Below, piece after piece: positions 47,066 to 57,628 of a DNA stretch of 64,000 nucleotides. The DNA comes from an uncultured Pseudoclavibacter sp. GTDB lineage: Bacteria; Actinomycetota; Actinomycetes; Actinomycetales; Microbacteriaceae. A program made the position numbers and the translations under genes. How positions within the stretch are numbered: the stretch's first letter is position 1; the number at the start of each line of letters is the position of its first letter. Where the stretch lies: assembly GCA_946221025.1 (NCBI GenBank), contig CAMIMS010000003.1:2512-66511 (forward strand), read 5' to 3'. The notes under the pieces were generated by a model. It searched no databases. It saw only the letters and a list, made by a program, of their open reading frames with translations, and was not told the origin of the DNA.

Positions 47066-48139
47066 ATGGCTGGAGACGAACACGGCTCGGCACTGGCTGC
47101 CGCCGACTCGTCGGGCCGACAGGAACAAGTGGGCACGGCAATCATCCGCAAGGACACCGGCTTCACTGACCCCGGCCTGCCCGAGCACCGCGACCGCGTT
47201 GTCGATCGGGATCCTGCAAAGGCGAAGAGCGTTGAGCGGATCATCGCGGCGCTGTTCATCCTCTCGGTCCTCGCGAGCATCTTCGCCATCGCGGCCTACT
47301 TCATCTGGCCGATTGACCGCAACGACCTGACGTCGGTCCGCCCGAACAACATGTTCCTCGGCATCGGCATCTCGGCCGCCATGCTTGCCGTGGGAATCGG
47401 CACGGTGCTGTGGGCGAAGTACCTCATGAAGGACCACGAGCAGGTCGAGATGCGCCACGACATCGCCGGCTCGCCCTCGACCCGACAGCGCGCCGTAGAG
47501 ATCTTCGCGCAGGCGAACGAGGAATCGGGTTTCGGGCGCCGCACGCTTCTGCGGAACACGCTCATTGGCGCCATCGTTGCGCTTCCGCTGCCCGGCATTG
47601 TGCTGTTCCGCGATCTGTACAACGGGAACAACCCCGCCCCTGCTGACCTCATGAAGCACACGATGTGGAAGGAAGGAACCCGACTCGTTCAAGACCCGTC
47701 GGGAACCCCGATCAAGGCGTCCGAGGTCACGATCGGTTCGGTCTTCCACGTCATTCCCGAAGGCCTGAACGAGCTCGAGCATCACCGCCTCGAGGAGAAG
47801 GCGAAGGCCGTCGTGCTTCTCATGCGCCTCGAACCTTCCGATCTGAAGGAACTGCCCGAGCGTAAGACCTGGTCCTACAACGGCATCGTGGCCTACTCGA
47901 AGGTGTGCACGCACGTTGGTTGCCCGGTCGCGCTTTACGAGCAGGAGACGCACCACCTGCTGTGCCCCTGCCACCAGTCGCAGTGGGACGTCACCGAGCA
48001 CTGCAAGGTGATCTTCGGACCTGCCGGACGTCCGCTGCCGCAGCTGCCGATTACCGTTGATAACGAGGGCTACCTGGTCGCGCAGAGCGACTTCCACGAG
48101 CCCGTTGGACCGACCTTCTGGGAGCGCCCGAATGCCTAG
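47066..48139 (+). CDS. qcrA: cytochrome bc1 complex Rieske iron-sulfur subunit
   Basis: CTHVGC and CPCHQS Rieske boxes; 3 N-terminal TM. Confidence 0.92.
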   Translation: MAGDEHGSALAAADSSGRQEQVGTAIIRKDTGFTDPGLPEHRDRVVDRDPAKAKSVERIIAALFILSVLASIFAIAAYFIWPIDRNDLTSVRPNNMFLGIGISAAMLAVGIGTVLWAKYLMKDHEQVEMRHDIAGSPSTRQRAVEIFAQANEESGFGRRTLLRNTLIGAIVALPLPGIVLFRDLYNGNNPAPADLMKHTMWKEGTRLVQDPSGTPIKASEVTIGSVFHVIPEGLNELEHHRLEEKAKAVVLLMRLEPSDLKELPERKTWSYNGIVAYSKVCTHVGCPVALYEQETHHLLCPCHQSQWDVTEHCKVIFGPAGRPLPQLPITVDNEGYLVAQSDFHEPVGPTFWERPNA

Positions 48140-49814
48140 CACCAGTCACGCCGAACCCCAGGCCACCGTTGCTGCCGAGCGCGTGACGTCCTCCTCGCAC
48201 AGCGCACAGACGACACCGGTCAAAGCCCCGGTCAAGGAGGGCGGCTTCATCGCCGGCGCATCGAACTACCTCGACCAGCGCACGGGACTGTCGGTCGCCG
48301 TCAAGGAGTTCGGTCGCAAGATCTTCCCCGACCACTGGTCGTTCATGCTCGGTGAGGTCGCGCTCTACAGCTTCATCGCGATCCTCCTCTCGGGCGCGTT
48401 CCTGACGTTCTTCTTCGACCCCTCGATGGCGCATTCGCGCTATGAGGGCTCGTACGTGCCGCTCAAGGGCGTTGAGATGTCGGCCGCAATGCGTTCAACG
48501 CTCGACATTTCGTTCGATGTGCGCGGTGGCCTGCTCATGCGCCAAGTGCACCACTGGGCAGCGCTGCTGTTCGTCGCCTCAATCGGTGCGCACATGCTTC
48601 GCGTGTTCTTCACGGGCGCGTTCCGTAAGCCGCGTGAACTCAACTGGGTGATCGGTTTCGTGCTGTTCGTCCTCGCGATGGGTGAAGGCTTTACCGGTTA
48701 CTCGCTGCCCGACGACCTGCTCTCGGGCAACGGTCTTCGAATCATTGACGGCATGGTCAAGGGCATTCCGCTCATCGGAACTTGGATTTCATTCCTGCTC
48801 TTCGGTGACGAGTTCCCGGGCGAGAACATCGTGGGCCGTCTGTACTCGCTGCACATCATGATCCTGCCGGCGCTCGTGATCCTGTTCATCGCGCTGCACC
48901 TCGTGCTCATGGTGATTCACAAGCACACCCAATGGGCAGGACCGGGTCGCACCCAGCAGAACGTCGTCGGTAACCCCGTCCTGCCGTACTTCGCCGCGAA
49001 GGCTGTCGGCTTCATGTTCCTCGTGCTCGGTCTGATCTTCTTCATCGCCTCGATGTTCGCGATCAACCCGATCTGGAACTACGGACCCTACGACCCCTCC
49101 CCCGTGTCGGCAGGTACGCAGCCTGACTGGTACATCGGATTCGCAGATGGTGCGCTTCGTCTGATTCCGCCGGGGCTGGAATGGCACCTGCCGGGGAACA
49201 CGGTTTCGTTCGCGATCCTCATTCCCCTCCTCACCCTGATGCTGTTCCTCGGCCTCGTTGCGGTCTACCCGTTCATTGAGGCGTGGATCACCGGGGATCA
49301 GCGAGAGCACCACCTGCTCGACCGTCCGCGTAACGCGCCCACTCGCACGGGCATCGGTGTGGCCGGCGTGATCTTCTACGCCGTCATGTGGGCTGCGGCA
49401 AGCTCCGACCTCATGTCGACCCACTTCGGGTTCGCCATGGAGCACGTGATTCACTTCCTGCAGTTCTCACTGTTCGCGGGCCCCATCCTCGGGTTCTTCA
49501 TCACGAAGCGAATTTGCATCGCGCTGCAGAAGTCCGACCGCGCTCGGGTCCTCCACGGTGTCGAAACCGGCCACGTGCTGCGTCTTCCGCACGGTGAGTT
49601 CATTGAGCGTCACGCTGAACTGTCGGATGAGGAGCGCTGGGAGCTCGTGTCGTACAACGACTACGCGCCGCTTGTGCTTCGTCCGGATGAGAATGGGAAG
49701 ATCAGCGGGAAGGCCCGTCGCCGCGCGGCACTCTCACGCTGGTTCTTCGAGGACCGCATCGAGCCGGTGACGCGTACCGAGCTTGAGCGGGCGCAACTCG
49801 AGTCGCACCATTAG
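48132..49814 (+). CDS. qcrB: cytochrome bc1 complex cytochrome b subunit
   Basis: polytopic, heme-ligand His pairs; 8-bp overlap (ATGCCTAG) with qcrA. Confidence 0.92.
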   Translation: MPSTSHAEPQATVAAERVTSSSHSAQTTPVKAPVKEGGFIAGASNYLDQRTGLSVAVKEFGRKIFPDHWSFMLGEVALYSFIAILLSGAFLTFFFDPSMAHSRYEGSYVPLKGVEMSAAMRSTLDISFDVRGGLLMRQVHHWAALLFVASIGAHMLRVFFTGAFRKPRELNWVIGFVLFVLAMGEGFTGYSLPDDLLSGNGLRIIDGMVKGIPLIGTWISFLLFGDEFPGENIVGRLYSLHIMILPALVILFIALHLVLMVIHKHTQWAGPGRTQQNVVGNPVLPYFAAKAVGFMFLVLGLIFFIASMFAINPIWNYGPYDPSPVSAGTQPDWYIGFADGALRLIPPGLEWHLPGNTVSFAILIPLLTLMLFLGLVAVYPFIEAWITGDQREHHLLDRPRNAPTRTGIGVAGVIFYAVMWAAASSDLMSTHFGFAMEHVIHFLQFSLFAGPILGFFITKRICIALQKSDRARVLHGVETGHVLRLPHGEFIERHAELSDEERWELVSYNDYAPLVLRPDENGKISGKARRRAALSRWFFEDRIEPVTRTELERAQLESHH

Positions 49815-49929
49815 ATCAACGAGTTGGGGCTGAGGGATTCTCCCTCAGCCCCAACTTGCATGAGCGGGCACATCCTCGTCACGGAGTCTTGCCGTCCCCC
49901 GCGTCATGAGGCAGGTTCGTCCGTGGCAG

Positions 49930-51048
49930 TCATGTCGCGAGCCACGGATGAGCGTTGAATGCGCGCACGAATGCCGCGCGCGAACGATTCGACATCGCAC
50001 GGGAATCCTCGAAGGGCGTGAGTTCAAGTCTGGATTTGACGCCTGACCCGGCACGCCGCCATGTTGCCCGCGCCTCGGAGCGCTCGATCGCGAGCCCCCG
50101 AAACACACCATTGCGCCCCGGCACCGTAGCTTGCTCCTGTGCTTTCGTCAGCAAGAACGCGCGATCGCCATAGCCGAGGACGAGCTCGTCGAATCCTGGC
50201 GTGAGCATCGCACGGTCAGCGGCTTGAAGAACTTCACCGTGCGCATCGGCAATGGCTGGATCACACCAAGCGGGCGAATCATTAACGGTGACCTCGGCGA
50301 GTCCTGTCGTCGCCGCCGGCAAGGCGGCGCGAATCTCCTTCAGGCTGAGCTTTGTCCACCAGGCAAAATCACGAATGGTTGCCGGCCCGTGCGACCTGAA
50401 GTACCGGTTGAGCCACTCACTGATGGCTGCGATCCGGTCTCCGTTGAAACGCGCCTCGAGCGTCGAGTCAGGCGGAAGGTACTCCGCGGCCATCACGATC
50501 CGCTGCTCCCCCACCTCGTCATCCCAGGGACCGTATGCGAGTCGGCCCTCCATCATGAGAGTGGAGATGAAGTGATATGTCCGACCACTCTTCATCTCTT
50601 CCCCACCCTCCGACCACGCACACGCGAGCTCCGCCCGTGTGAGACCTTGCCGCGTGTCCGGTTGAGCGTCCAGGGCTTGATGTGCGGTGTCGATGATGCG
50701 CGTCAGGGTGGGAGCATCAACACCCTGATTGGCTCGTCGGCGTTGCAGCTCAGTCGTGAACGAAGGTCGAAGCAGGTCATTCATCCAGGCGAGATCGTCC
50801 GCGTGGACGGCGAATACCGTGCCGCGCATCGGATATCCCCGGACAATCTCGCCAGCTGACATCGCGTCAGTCACGGCCGTCGCGGTGCCCCCGGGGACTC
50901 GTAGAGCGATGCTCGCGATCACTCCGGGCAGGTCTTGGCCTTGGGCGCAACCAAGTCGGGCAACGGCCTCGGACGGATGCGCAGCGGACGGCGCCGCGAG
51001 GCCGGTCGAAACGATTCGCTGACGGATGAGGTCGGTACGAGGGCTCAC
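49930..51048 (-). CDS. winged-helix DNA glycosylase family protein (YcaQ/AlkZ-like, DUF1006)
   Basis: 372 aa, family pattern recognised from N-terminal wHTH and central region. Confidence 0.7.
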   Translation of the reverse strand: MSPRTDLIRQRIVSTGLAAPSAAHPSEAVARLGCAQGQDLPGVIASIALRVPGGTATAVTDAMSAGEIVRGYPMRGTVFAVHADDLAWMNDLLRPSFTTELQRRRANQGVDAPTLTRIIDTAHQALDAQPDTRQGLTRAELACAWSEGGEEMKSGRTYHFISTLMMEGRLAYGPWDDEVGEQRIVMAAEYLPPDSTLEARFNGDRIAAISEWLNRYFRSHGPATIRDFAWWTKLSLKEIRAALPAATTGLAEVTVNDSPAWCDPAIADAHGEVLQAADRAMLTPGFDELVLGYGDRAFLLTKAQEQATVPGRNGVFRGLAIERSEARATWRRAGSGVKSRLELTPFEDSRAMSNRSRAAFVRAFNAHPWLAT

Positions 51049-51177
51049 GCCCTCACGGTAACAACGTCACTCACCCGGCTCGCACACCACTTCGGGTGGG
51101 TATCTGAACGTCCGCAGGGCTCTCAATTGCGGGTTTCGGCGATCCTGGGATCGCCGCAGCCGTGAACGCGACCCGAA

Positions 51178-51747
51178 TCACCGACCCGCGAACGCGAGCA
51201 GGGCGGCCCGGGCCGAACCATCTGCCGGGCTTTGGGCAGGTCCAATCGTGCCCTCACGTCGAAGTCGCTCGATGATTCCGCGTCCTGTGTCGAGCAACTT
51301 CAACGCCAATGCCTCACTGAGTTCGGGAACGGCACCCGCGTGCTCCAGGTCGAGGGCGTGAAGCACCATCTCGAGGCATCGGAGCGTCAGAAGCTCCTCG
51401 GCGGTGAGCACCCCGACGCTGTGCTGTACCTCCGTGGTGGGTTCGAGGTTCGCGAGAAACGCTCGCAGGTACGCCTCTTCGGTTTCAAAGATGCTGCGAG
51501 GCTCGGGGCTTCCGAAATCCATCGTGCGCGTCGCCTCCGCTGCTTCGGCATCCCCTTCGCTCGCCCGGATTCGGTAGCGCCGGGCCTGCCCGTTCACGTG
51601 GCTGACGAGATCACGCGCAGTCCACTCCCCACAGATGGCCTCATCCGCCGACAGAGCCCCGTCAGGGAGTGTCTGGAGTGCTGTACGCCACACATCTTCC
51701 GATGGCTGAAGGAGCTGGCCGATCAGATCCCGCATGGATTCGATCAT
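51178..51747 (-). CDS. DinB/TIGR03083-type mycothiol-dependent maleylpyruvate isomerase N-domain protein
   Basis: WTARDLVSHV motif; second paralog of this fold in the window. Confidence 0.65.
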   Translation of the reverse strand: MIESMRDLIGQLLQPSEDVWRTALQTLPDGALSADEAICGEWTARDLVSHVNGQARRYRIRASEGDAEAAEATRTMDFGSPEPRSIFETEEAYLRAFLANLEPTTEVQHSVGVLTAEELLTLRCLEMVLHALDLEHAGAVPELSEALALKLLDTGRGIIERLRREGTIGPAQSPADGSARAALLAFAGR

Positions 51748-51852
51748 GCAACGAACCTACGGGAAATGCGTCGACGCCACGGGATACGGCAATCGGCGTC
51801 CAGCCCCGATCAATTGGGGCTGGACGCCGATGCTCAGGCCAGAGGCTTCAGC

Positions 51853-52272
51853 TCAGTGCTTGAAGTCACCCGTGTAGTACTGGAACACCCAGCCGAGAAT
51901 GCCGATCACCAGCAGCGGTGCCGCGAAGAACACGACCCACCATCCCACCGCGATTCCGAACAGAATCACGCCGATCGCGACCGAGCAGACGAGGGGCCAC
52001 CAGCTCGACGGTGGGTAGAAGCCGAGGTCTTCATCTGCGTCTTCGATGTTGGCGTCGAGACGATCTTCCGGCAGCGGGCGGTTACGGAACGGCTTGCGCT
52101 CGACACCCAGGTAGAAGCCGACGAACGCCGAGAATGCCGCCAGCAGGAAGAAGCAGACCGCTCCCACCCATTCGACCTGGCCGTTCTCAATCGACGTCCA
52201 CGCGGTGTAGCCGACACCAACGATGAGGTAGAAGACGATCAGGACGTTGAAGATCGTTTGCGTGCTCTTCAT
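51853..52272 (-). CDS. ctaF: cytochrome c oxidase subunit IV
   Basis: 139 aa, 4 TM; LGFYPPSSWWP...FQYYTGDFKH matches mycobacterial Rv2199c. Confidence 0.85.
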   Translation of the reverse strand: MKSTQTIFNVLIVFYLIVGVGYTAWTSIENGQVEWVGAVCFFLLAAFSAFVGFYLGVERKPFRNRPLPEDRLDANIEDADEDLGFYPPSSWWPLVCSVAIGVILFGIAVGWWVVFFAAPLLVIGILGWVFQYYTGDFKH

Positions 52273-52278
52273 GAGGTG

Positions 52279-54021
52279 CTAGCTGACCTTTCCAGTCTCT
52301 TCTTCGACAACAGGGGCGTCGGGCGCATCCTTCGCCGGACCCTGCCCGACCGGAATCATCGCTTCGGGGTGGTTGAGGTCGAAGGCGGGGCGCTCCGAAC
52401 GGATGCGCGGGATCTCAGTGAAGTTGTGACGCGGCGGCGGGCAGCTGGTTGCCCACTCGAGCGAGCCACCGTAACCCCACGGGTCGTTGACCGTCACCTT
52501 CGGGGATCGGGTCATCGTGAGGATCACGTTCAGGAAGAACGGAATCATCGAGATCGCGATGGTCGCGGCACCGATGGTGGACAGCTGGTTCATCCACGCG
52601 TAGCCGTCCTCAGGCTGGTAGGTGGCGTAGCGGCGGGGGAAGCCCATGACACCGAGCCAGTGCTGAATGAGGAAGGTCATGTTGAAGCCAACGAACAGGA
52701 TCCAGAACTGGATCTTGCCGAGTCGCTCGTTGAGCATCCTGCCCGTCCACTTTGGCCACCAGAAGAAGAAGCCGCCGAACATCGCGAAGACGATGGTGCC
52801 GAAGAGCACGTAGTGGAAGTGCGCGACGACGAAGTACGTGTCAGACACGTGGAAGTCGAGCACGGGCGAGGCGAGGATGACGCCGGTCAGACCACCGAAG
52901 ACGAAGCACACGAGGAAGCCGAGCGAGTACAGCATCGGCGTCTCGAAGGTGATCGAACCGCGCCACATAGTGCCGAGCCAGTTGAAGATCTTCACACCCG
53001 TCGGGACCGCGATGAGCATCGTCATGAGGGCGAAGAAGGGCAGCAGCACCGACCCGGTCACGTACATGTGGTGCGCCCACACCGAGGCCGAGAGCGCAGC
53101 GATCGAGATCGTCGCGTAGACGAGCGTCTTGTACCCGAAGATCGGCTTGCGGCTGAACACCGGGAAGATCTCGGAGACGATGCCGAAGAACGGCAGCGCG
53201 AGCACGTACACCTCGGGGTGGCCGAAGAACCAGAACAGGTGCTGGTAGAGGATCGCGCCGCCCGCGTCGATGTCGTAGATGTGCGTGAGGAACACGCGGT
53301 CCATGAGCAGACCGAACCAGGCGACCGCGAGCACCGGGAACGCGAAGAGCACCAGGATCGAAGTGATCAGCGTGTTCCAGGTGAAGATCGGCATGCGCCA
53401 CATGGTCATGCCCGGGGCGCGCATCGTGATGATCGTGGTGATGAAGTTGACCGCACCGAAGATCGTGGCGAAACCGGTTGCGGCAAGGCCCGCCACCCAG
53501 AGGTTGCCGCCAATGCCCGGCGAGAAGGTCTGCGTCGAGAGCGGCACGTATGCCGTCCAACCGAAGGCCGCCGCACCGTTCGGGGTGAGGAAGCCCATCA
53601 CGGCGACGACCGAGCCGGCCGTGTACAGCCAGTAGCTGAACGCGTTCAGGCGCGGGAACGCCACATCCGCCGTACCGATCTGCAGCGGCACGAGCGCGTT
53701 CGCGAAGCCCGAGAACAGCGGCGTCGCGAACATGAGCAGCATGATCGTTCCGTGCATCGTGAACAGCTGGTTGTACTGCTCCTTGGTATTCACCAGCTCC
53801 AGGCCCGGCTCAAATAGCTGGGCACGGATGACAAGGGCGAGCACACCACCGATGCAGAACCACACGAACGACGAGACCAGGTACATGTACCCGATCTTCT
53901 TGTGGTCAGTCGTGGTGAGCAGATCGATGATGAGGTTGCCCTTGCGGCCGACACTGCGGCTAGGGACGTCGTGCGCCTGCGGAACATTCTGTGTTCCGGG
54001 CTGATTCAGGGTCGCAGTCAT
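52279..54021 (-). CDS. ctaD: cytochrome c oxidase subunit I
   Basis: 580 aa; HHMYVTG, WAHHMY heme-copper motifs. Confidence 0.95.
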   Translation of the reverse strand: MTATLNQPGTQNVPQAHDVPSRSVGRKGNLIIDLLTTTDHKKIGYMYLVSSFVWFCIGGVLALVIRAQLFEPGLELVNTKEQYNQLFTMHGTIMLLMFATPLFSGFANALVPLQIGTADVAFPRLNAFSYWLYTAGSVVAVMGFLTPNGAAAFGWTAYVPLSTQTFSPGIGGNLWVAGLAATGFATIFGAVNFITTIITMRAPGMTMWRMPIFTWNTLITSILVLFAFPVLAVAWFGLLMDRVFLTHIYDIDAGGAILYQHLFWFFGHPEVYVLALPFFGIVSEIFPVFSRKPIFGYKTLVYATISIAALSASVWAHHMYVTGSVLLPFFALMTMLIAVPTGVKIFNWLGTMWRGSITFETPMLYSLGFLVCFVFGGLTGVILASPVLDFHVSDTYFVVAHFHYVLFGTIVFAMFGGFFFWWPKWTGRMLNERLGKIQFWILFVGFNMTFLIQHWLGVMGFPRRYATYQPEDGYAWMNQLSTIGAATIAISMIPFFLNVILTMTRSPKVTVNDPWGYGGSLEWATSCPPPRHNFTEIPRIRSERPAFDLNHPEAMIPVGQGPAKDAPDAPVVEEETGKVS

Positions 54022-54039
54022 GCGCGTCGCTCCCAGTTC

Positions 54040-54984
54040 CTAGTTCTCGCTGTTGCTTTGCGACTGGCCCTCTTCGGTACTGGAGGGCGCCGGAGTCGTG
54101 GTCAGAAGCTTCGGGTTGCGGTTGTACTGGTCACCGGGTGCTTCTTCGCCCGGCTTGATGACCTGACCGGACTCGCGCACCGATGCGATGTAGGCGTTGT
54201 ACTCCTCCTGGGATACAACGTGCACCTCGAAGAGCATCATCGCGTGGTACTCACCGCACAGCTCCGCGCACTTACCGATGTACACGCCCTCACGCTCAGT
54301 GTGGATCGACATCGAGTTGGTCTGGCCGGGGATGGTGTCCTTCTTGTAGAGGAAGTCAACGACCCAGAACGAGTGCGCCACGTCGCGCGACTTCAGGTCA
54401 ATCTTCACGTTCGCGTTGACCGGCAGGTACAGCTTCGGCAGCTGGTCGTAGTCGATGTCGTCGCCGACCTGCTGCGCCTGAATACCCACGGTGTAGACCC
54501 CCGAGTCGTACTGGCTGTTCGGGACGTTCAGGTAGTTGAAGTCCCACGCCCACTGCTTGCCGTACACCTCAACGTGCACGTCAACCTCTTCGGCGGCGTA
54601 CGCCTCTTCAATCACGGCCTGCTCGCGAGCCGTGAAGGCAAAGAACGCGCCGACGAGCACGATCGGAATCGTGGTGAAGAGGATCTCGATCGGCATGTGG
54701 TAGCGCATCTGGAAGGGAAGGCCCTTCTCGCCCTTGCGGCGACGGTACGCGATGGTCGCCCAGATGATGAGGGACCAGACGAGAAGACCAACGCCGAGCA
54801 GGACGATCCACGAGTTGACCCAGAACGTCTGAATGGTGTCGGAGTGGTTCGTCACCGGCCCTTCGGCTCCGCCCTGGTTACCGGGCATGAACCCATCCAT
54901 CTGCTGCTGGGTGCAACCCGCCAGGACTGCAACCAGCACGAGTGCAGTGGGAACCACTGCCCATCCGGAGCGTTTTGTGCGCAC
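54040..54984 (-). CDS. ctaC: cytochrome c oxidase subunit II (lipoprotein)
   Basis: CuA motif CAELCGEYHAMM; lipobox LAGC. Confidence 0.93.
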   Translation of the reverse strand: MRTKRSGWAVVPTALVLVAVLAGCTQQQMDGFMPGNQGGAEGPVTNHSDTIQTFWVNSWIVLLGVGLLVWSLIIWATIAYRRRKGEKGLPFQMRYHMPIEILFTTIPIVLVGAFFAFTAREQAVIEEAYAAEEVDVHVEVYGKQWAWDFNYLNVPNSQYDSGVYTVGIQAQQVGDDIDYDQLPKLYLPVNANVKIDLKSRDVAHSFWVVDFLYKKDTIPGQTNSMSIHTEREGVYIGKCAELCGEYHAMMLFEVHVVSQEEYNAYIASVRESGQVIKPGEEAPGDQYNRNPKLLTTTPAPSSTEEGQSQSNSEN

Positions 54985-55084
54985 ACCGACCCCTTCGAGA
55001 CGTCTCAGCTAGTTAGAACCAGTGTATCGGGATTGAAGACGCTGAGAGTCCCCTGATCAGGGCGCGTTTTCTCCCTGAGATCGA

Positions 55085-55450
55085 TCAGTGGAATGAATCG
55101 CCACACGCACAGCTGCCAGTGGCGCTCGGGTTGTCGATCGTGAAGCCCTGCTTCTGAATGGTGTCCTCAAAGTCGATCGTGGCGCCTTCGAGATAGGGCG
55201 AGCTCATCGGGTCGATGATGACTTCCACGTCGTCGAAGTCCATGATCGCGTCACCCTCGAGCTCTCGTTCGTCGAAGTAGAGCTGGTAGATGAGGCCGCT
55301 GCATCCGCCCGGCTGCACGGCGATGCGAAGGCGCAGGTCGTCGCGACCTTCGCGGCTGAGGAGATTCTTGACTTTGTCGGCCGCGGCCTGCGTAATGGCG
55401 ACTCCGTGCGCCTGCTCGGTCATGGCGATTCCGGTGAGTGCTTCTGTCAT
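55085..55450 (-). CDS. erpA: iron-sulfur cluster insertion protein (HesB/IscA/ErpA family)
   Basis: GGCSGL...GSCACGDSFH conserved Cys triad; matches Rv2204c. Confidence 0.9.
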   Translation of the reverse strand: MTEALTGIAMTEQAHGVAITQAAADKVKNLLSREGRDDLRLRIAVQPGGCSGLIYQLYFDERELEGDAIMDFDDVEVIIDPMSSPYLEGATIDFEDTIQKQGFTIDNPSATGSCACGDSFH

Positions 55451-55506
55451 GGCGGCTCCTTCCGTGGGTGTTCAGCCTTCAACGCGCGAGGGCGCTCGAA
55501 GATTCC

Positions 55507-56937
55507 TCAGTCTCCCGCGACGCCCGCACTTCGACCGCGGGCGTTCATGCGCACAAGGAACAGCGCCTCGCTGAGGATCGCGCGGCGAAGCACTCCCAGG
55601 TGCTGCGATTCGTTGGGGCTGTGCGCCATGGTGAGGGGGTCTTCCACACCCGTGACGAGGATCTCCGCATCCGGAATCATCTCGAGGAAGTCGGTAATGA
55701 ATGGGATGGAGCCACCGATACCGGTGAGTTCGGGGTCGGTTCCCCAGCCATCACGCATCGATTCACGCATGACCGTGACCGCTTCACCGTCGGTGTTCGC
55801 GAGGAATGGGCTACCGGCGCTGAGGTTCTCAATCTCGATGGCAGCGCCGAAGGGGGCGTGCGAGCGGAGGTGTTCCTCGATCGCGCGCGCCGCGTCTTCC
55901 GCGGTCTGACCGGGCGCAATTCGGCACGAGACATGCACGCGAACGCTTGGCAGAAGCGTGTTCGATGCGTTGGCGACATCGGGAGCATCAATGCCGGTGA
56001 TCGTGATCGCCGGCTGGTTCCACACCCGCGAAAGCACCGGGCCCGAACCGATCAACTGGACGCCGTCGAGGAGATCGGCATCGGCGCGGTATTCGTCGGC
56101 GTCGCGCTCGGGGACGGGTGCCTCGTGCGTGCGCAGGCCCGCGACGGCGACCGAACCCGCGTCGTCCCAGAGAGTCGACAGCAGCTTGATAGTCGCGAGC
56201 ATCGCATCCGGCACCGCTCCCCCGAACATGCCCGAGTGCCAGGCGTGCTCGATGGTGCGCACGCGCAGGTCGAAGGCAACGTTTCCGCGCAGCGAAACGG
56301 TGAGACCGGGAACGGTCGCCGACGGGTTGTCCGAGTCCGCAACGATGATCGCGTCGGCCTTCAGGTCATCAAGGTGCGCGCGGAGGGTGTTCCGGAAGCT
56401 GCCGGATCCGCTCTCTTCCTCGCCCTCAATGAAGACGTTGAGACCGAGCCCGAAGTCATCACCGAGCGCGTCCCGTACGGCTTCGATGGCCGCGACGTGG
56501 GCGATGACTCCCGCCTTGTCGTCGCTGGCGCCGCGCCCGTACAGCCGCTCTCCCCTCAGGGTCGGCTCGAATGCCGGCGTGTCCCAAAGTGCAGCGTCGC
56601 CCTCTGGTTGCACATCGTGGTGCGCGTACAGGGTGACCGTGGGAAAACCCGGCTTCGCCGGGCGCACGGCAATCACGCTCGGCCGACCGTCGTCGCCCGC
56701 ATCCGTTTGATGGGTGAAGACTCCGACGCGATCAAAGACACCGGTCGCCGCGAACAGCTCACGGACCCGGTCCGCGCTCTGATCGAGCAGCGTCGGGTCA
56801 CGACCCTCCCAGGAGACCGAGGGGATGCGCACGAGATCACCAAGGCGCGCGATCGTGTGCGCCATGTTCTCGGAAACGCGCGCTTCGAGGTCGTTCTCGA
56901 GAGCTGAACCAGGTACCTGCGAATCGGAGTTGGCCAT
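55507..56937 (-). CDS. M20 family dipeptidase
   Basis: LYAHHDVQPEG...GRGASDDKAG...FIEGEEESGS are M20 motifs; ATG 56937 chosen (GTG 56958 would overlap the divergent neighbour). Confidence 0.82.
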   Translation of the reverse strand: MANSDSQVPGSALENDLEARVSENMAHTIARLGDLVRIPSVSWEGRDPTLLDQSADRVRELFAATGVFDRVGVFTHQTDAGDDGRPSVIAVRPAKPGFPTVTLYAHHDVQPEGDAALWDTPAFEPTLRGERLYGRGASDDKAGVIAHVAAIEAVRDALGDDFGLGLNVFIEGEEESGSGSFRNTLRAHLDDLKADAIIVADSDNPSATVPGLTVSLRGNVAFDLRVRTIEHAWHSGMFGGAVPDAMLATIKLLSTLWDDAGSVAVAGLRTHEAPVPERDADEYRADADLLDGVQLIGSGPVLSRVWNQPAITITGIDAPDVANASNTLLPSVRVHVSCRIAPGQTAEDAARAIEEHLRSHAPFGAAIEIENLSAGSPFLANTDGEAVTVMRESMRDGWGTDPELTGIGGSIPFITDFLEMIPDAEILVTGVEDPLTMAHSPNESQHLGVLRRAILSEALFLVRMNARGRSAGVAGD

Positions 56938-56970
56938 GTCGATAAGCTTAGAGTTCACCTTCTGAGAGGC

Positions 56971-57600
56971 ATGATGGCATCTACTCCCAAGCGCTTCTGG
57001 GCGAACCGTTCGCGTCAGGCTGATTCATCCGCACCCGCCGACACTCAGCCCGAGTCCGGCACTGAGAAGAATCCGCAGGGAAAAAAGGGGCCGACCCCGC
57101 GCCGTAAGGATCGCGAAGCCGAAAATCTGCGGCCCCTCGTTCCGGCCGATCGCAAAGAAGCTGAGCGGCAGGCTCGCGCGCAGATGCGTCAGCGACAGCA
57201 GGAGGCGCGCGAGGGCGTCGCCCGCGGTGACGAGCAGTTCCTGCGCGAATCCGAGCGCGGCCCGCAGAAAAAGTTCGTGCGCGACACCGTTGATGCGCGC
57301 TTCACCTTCGGTGAGTTCCTCATCCCGGTCATGCTCATCGTGCTGCTGCTGAACTTCTACCCCGACCCGCGCGTGGCCGTCGTCGGGTTTCTCGTCACGT
57401 TCATCGGCATCGGAATCGCCCTCATCGAGGGAGTGATTCTCGGGGCAGTGATCCGAAAGCGGATTGGCCGAGTCGTGGGGCCGGATGCGGTTGAACGCGG
57501 GATCATTCTCGCGACGGTCGCCAGGTGCATGCAGATTCGCCGGATGCGCCTTCCCCGCCCCCAGGTTCGCCGGGGCGAGCGCATCGAGTTCCGAAAGTAG
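56971..57600 (+). CDS. DUF3043 membrane protein (Rv2206 homolog)
   Basis: basic K/R/E-rich N-terminus then 2 TM (FLIPVMLIVLLLNFYPD...); same location as in mycobacteria. Confidence 0.78.
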   Translation: MMASTPKRFWANRSRQADSSAPADTQPESGTEKNPQGKKGPTPRRKDREAENLRPLVPADRKEAERQARAQMRQRQQEAREGVARGDEQFLRESERGPQKKFVRDTVDARFTFGEFLIPVMLIVLLLNFYPDPRVAVVGFLVTFIGIGIALIEGVILGAVIRKRIGRVVGPDAVERGIILATVARCMQIRRMRLPRPQVRRGERIEFRK

Positions 57601-57628
57601 CGCGGGAGCCGCTGCGGATCCGTCGGGA

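Noticed and set aside
51232-53817. 861-aa ORF on the + strand
   Set aside because: Antisense to ctaD/ctaF; R/D/E/H-rich low-complexity translation typical of third-position GC artefacts in a high-GC genome
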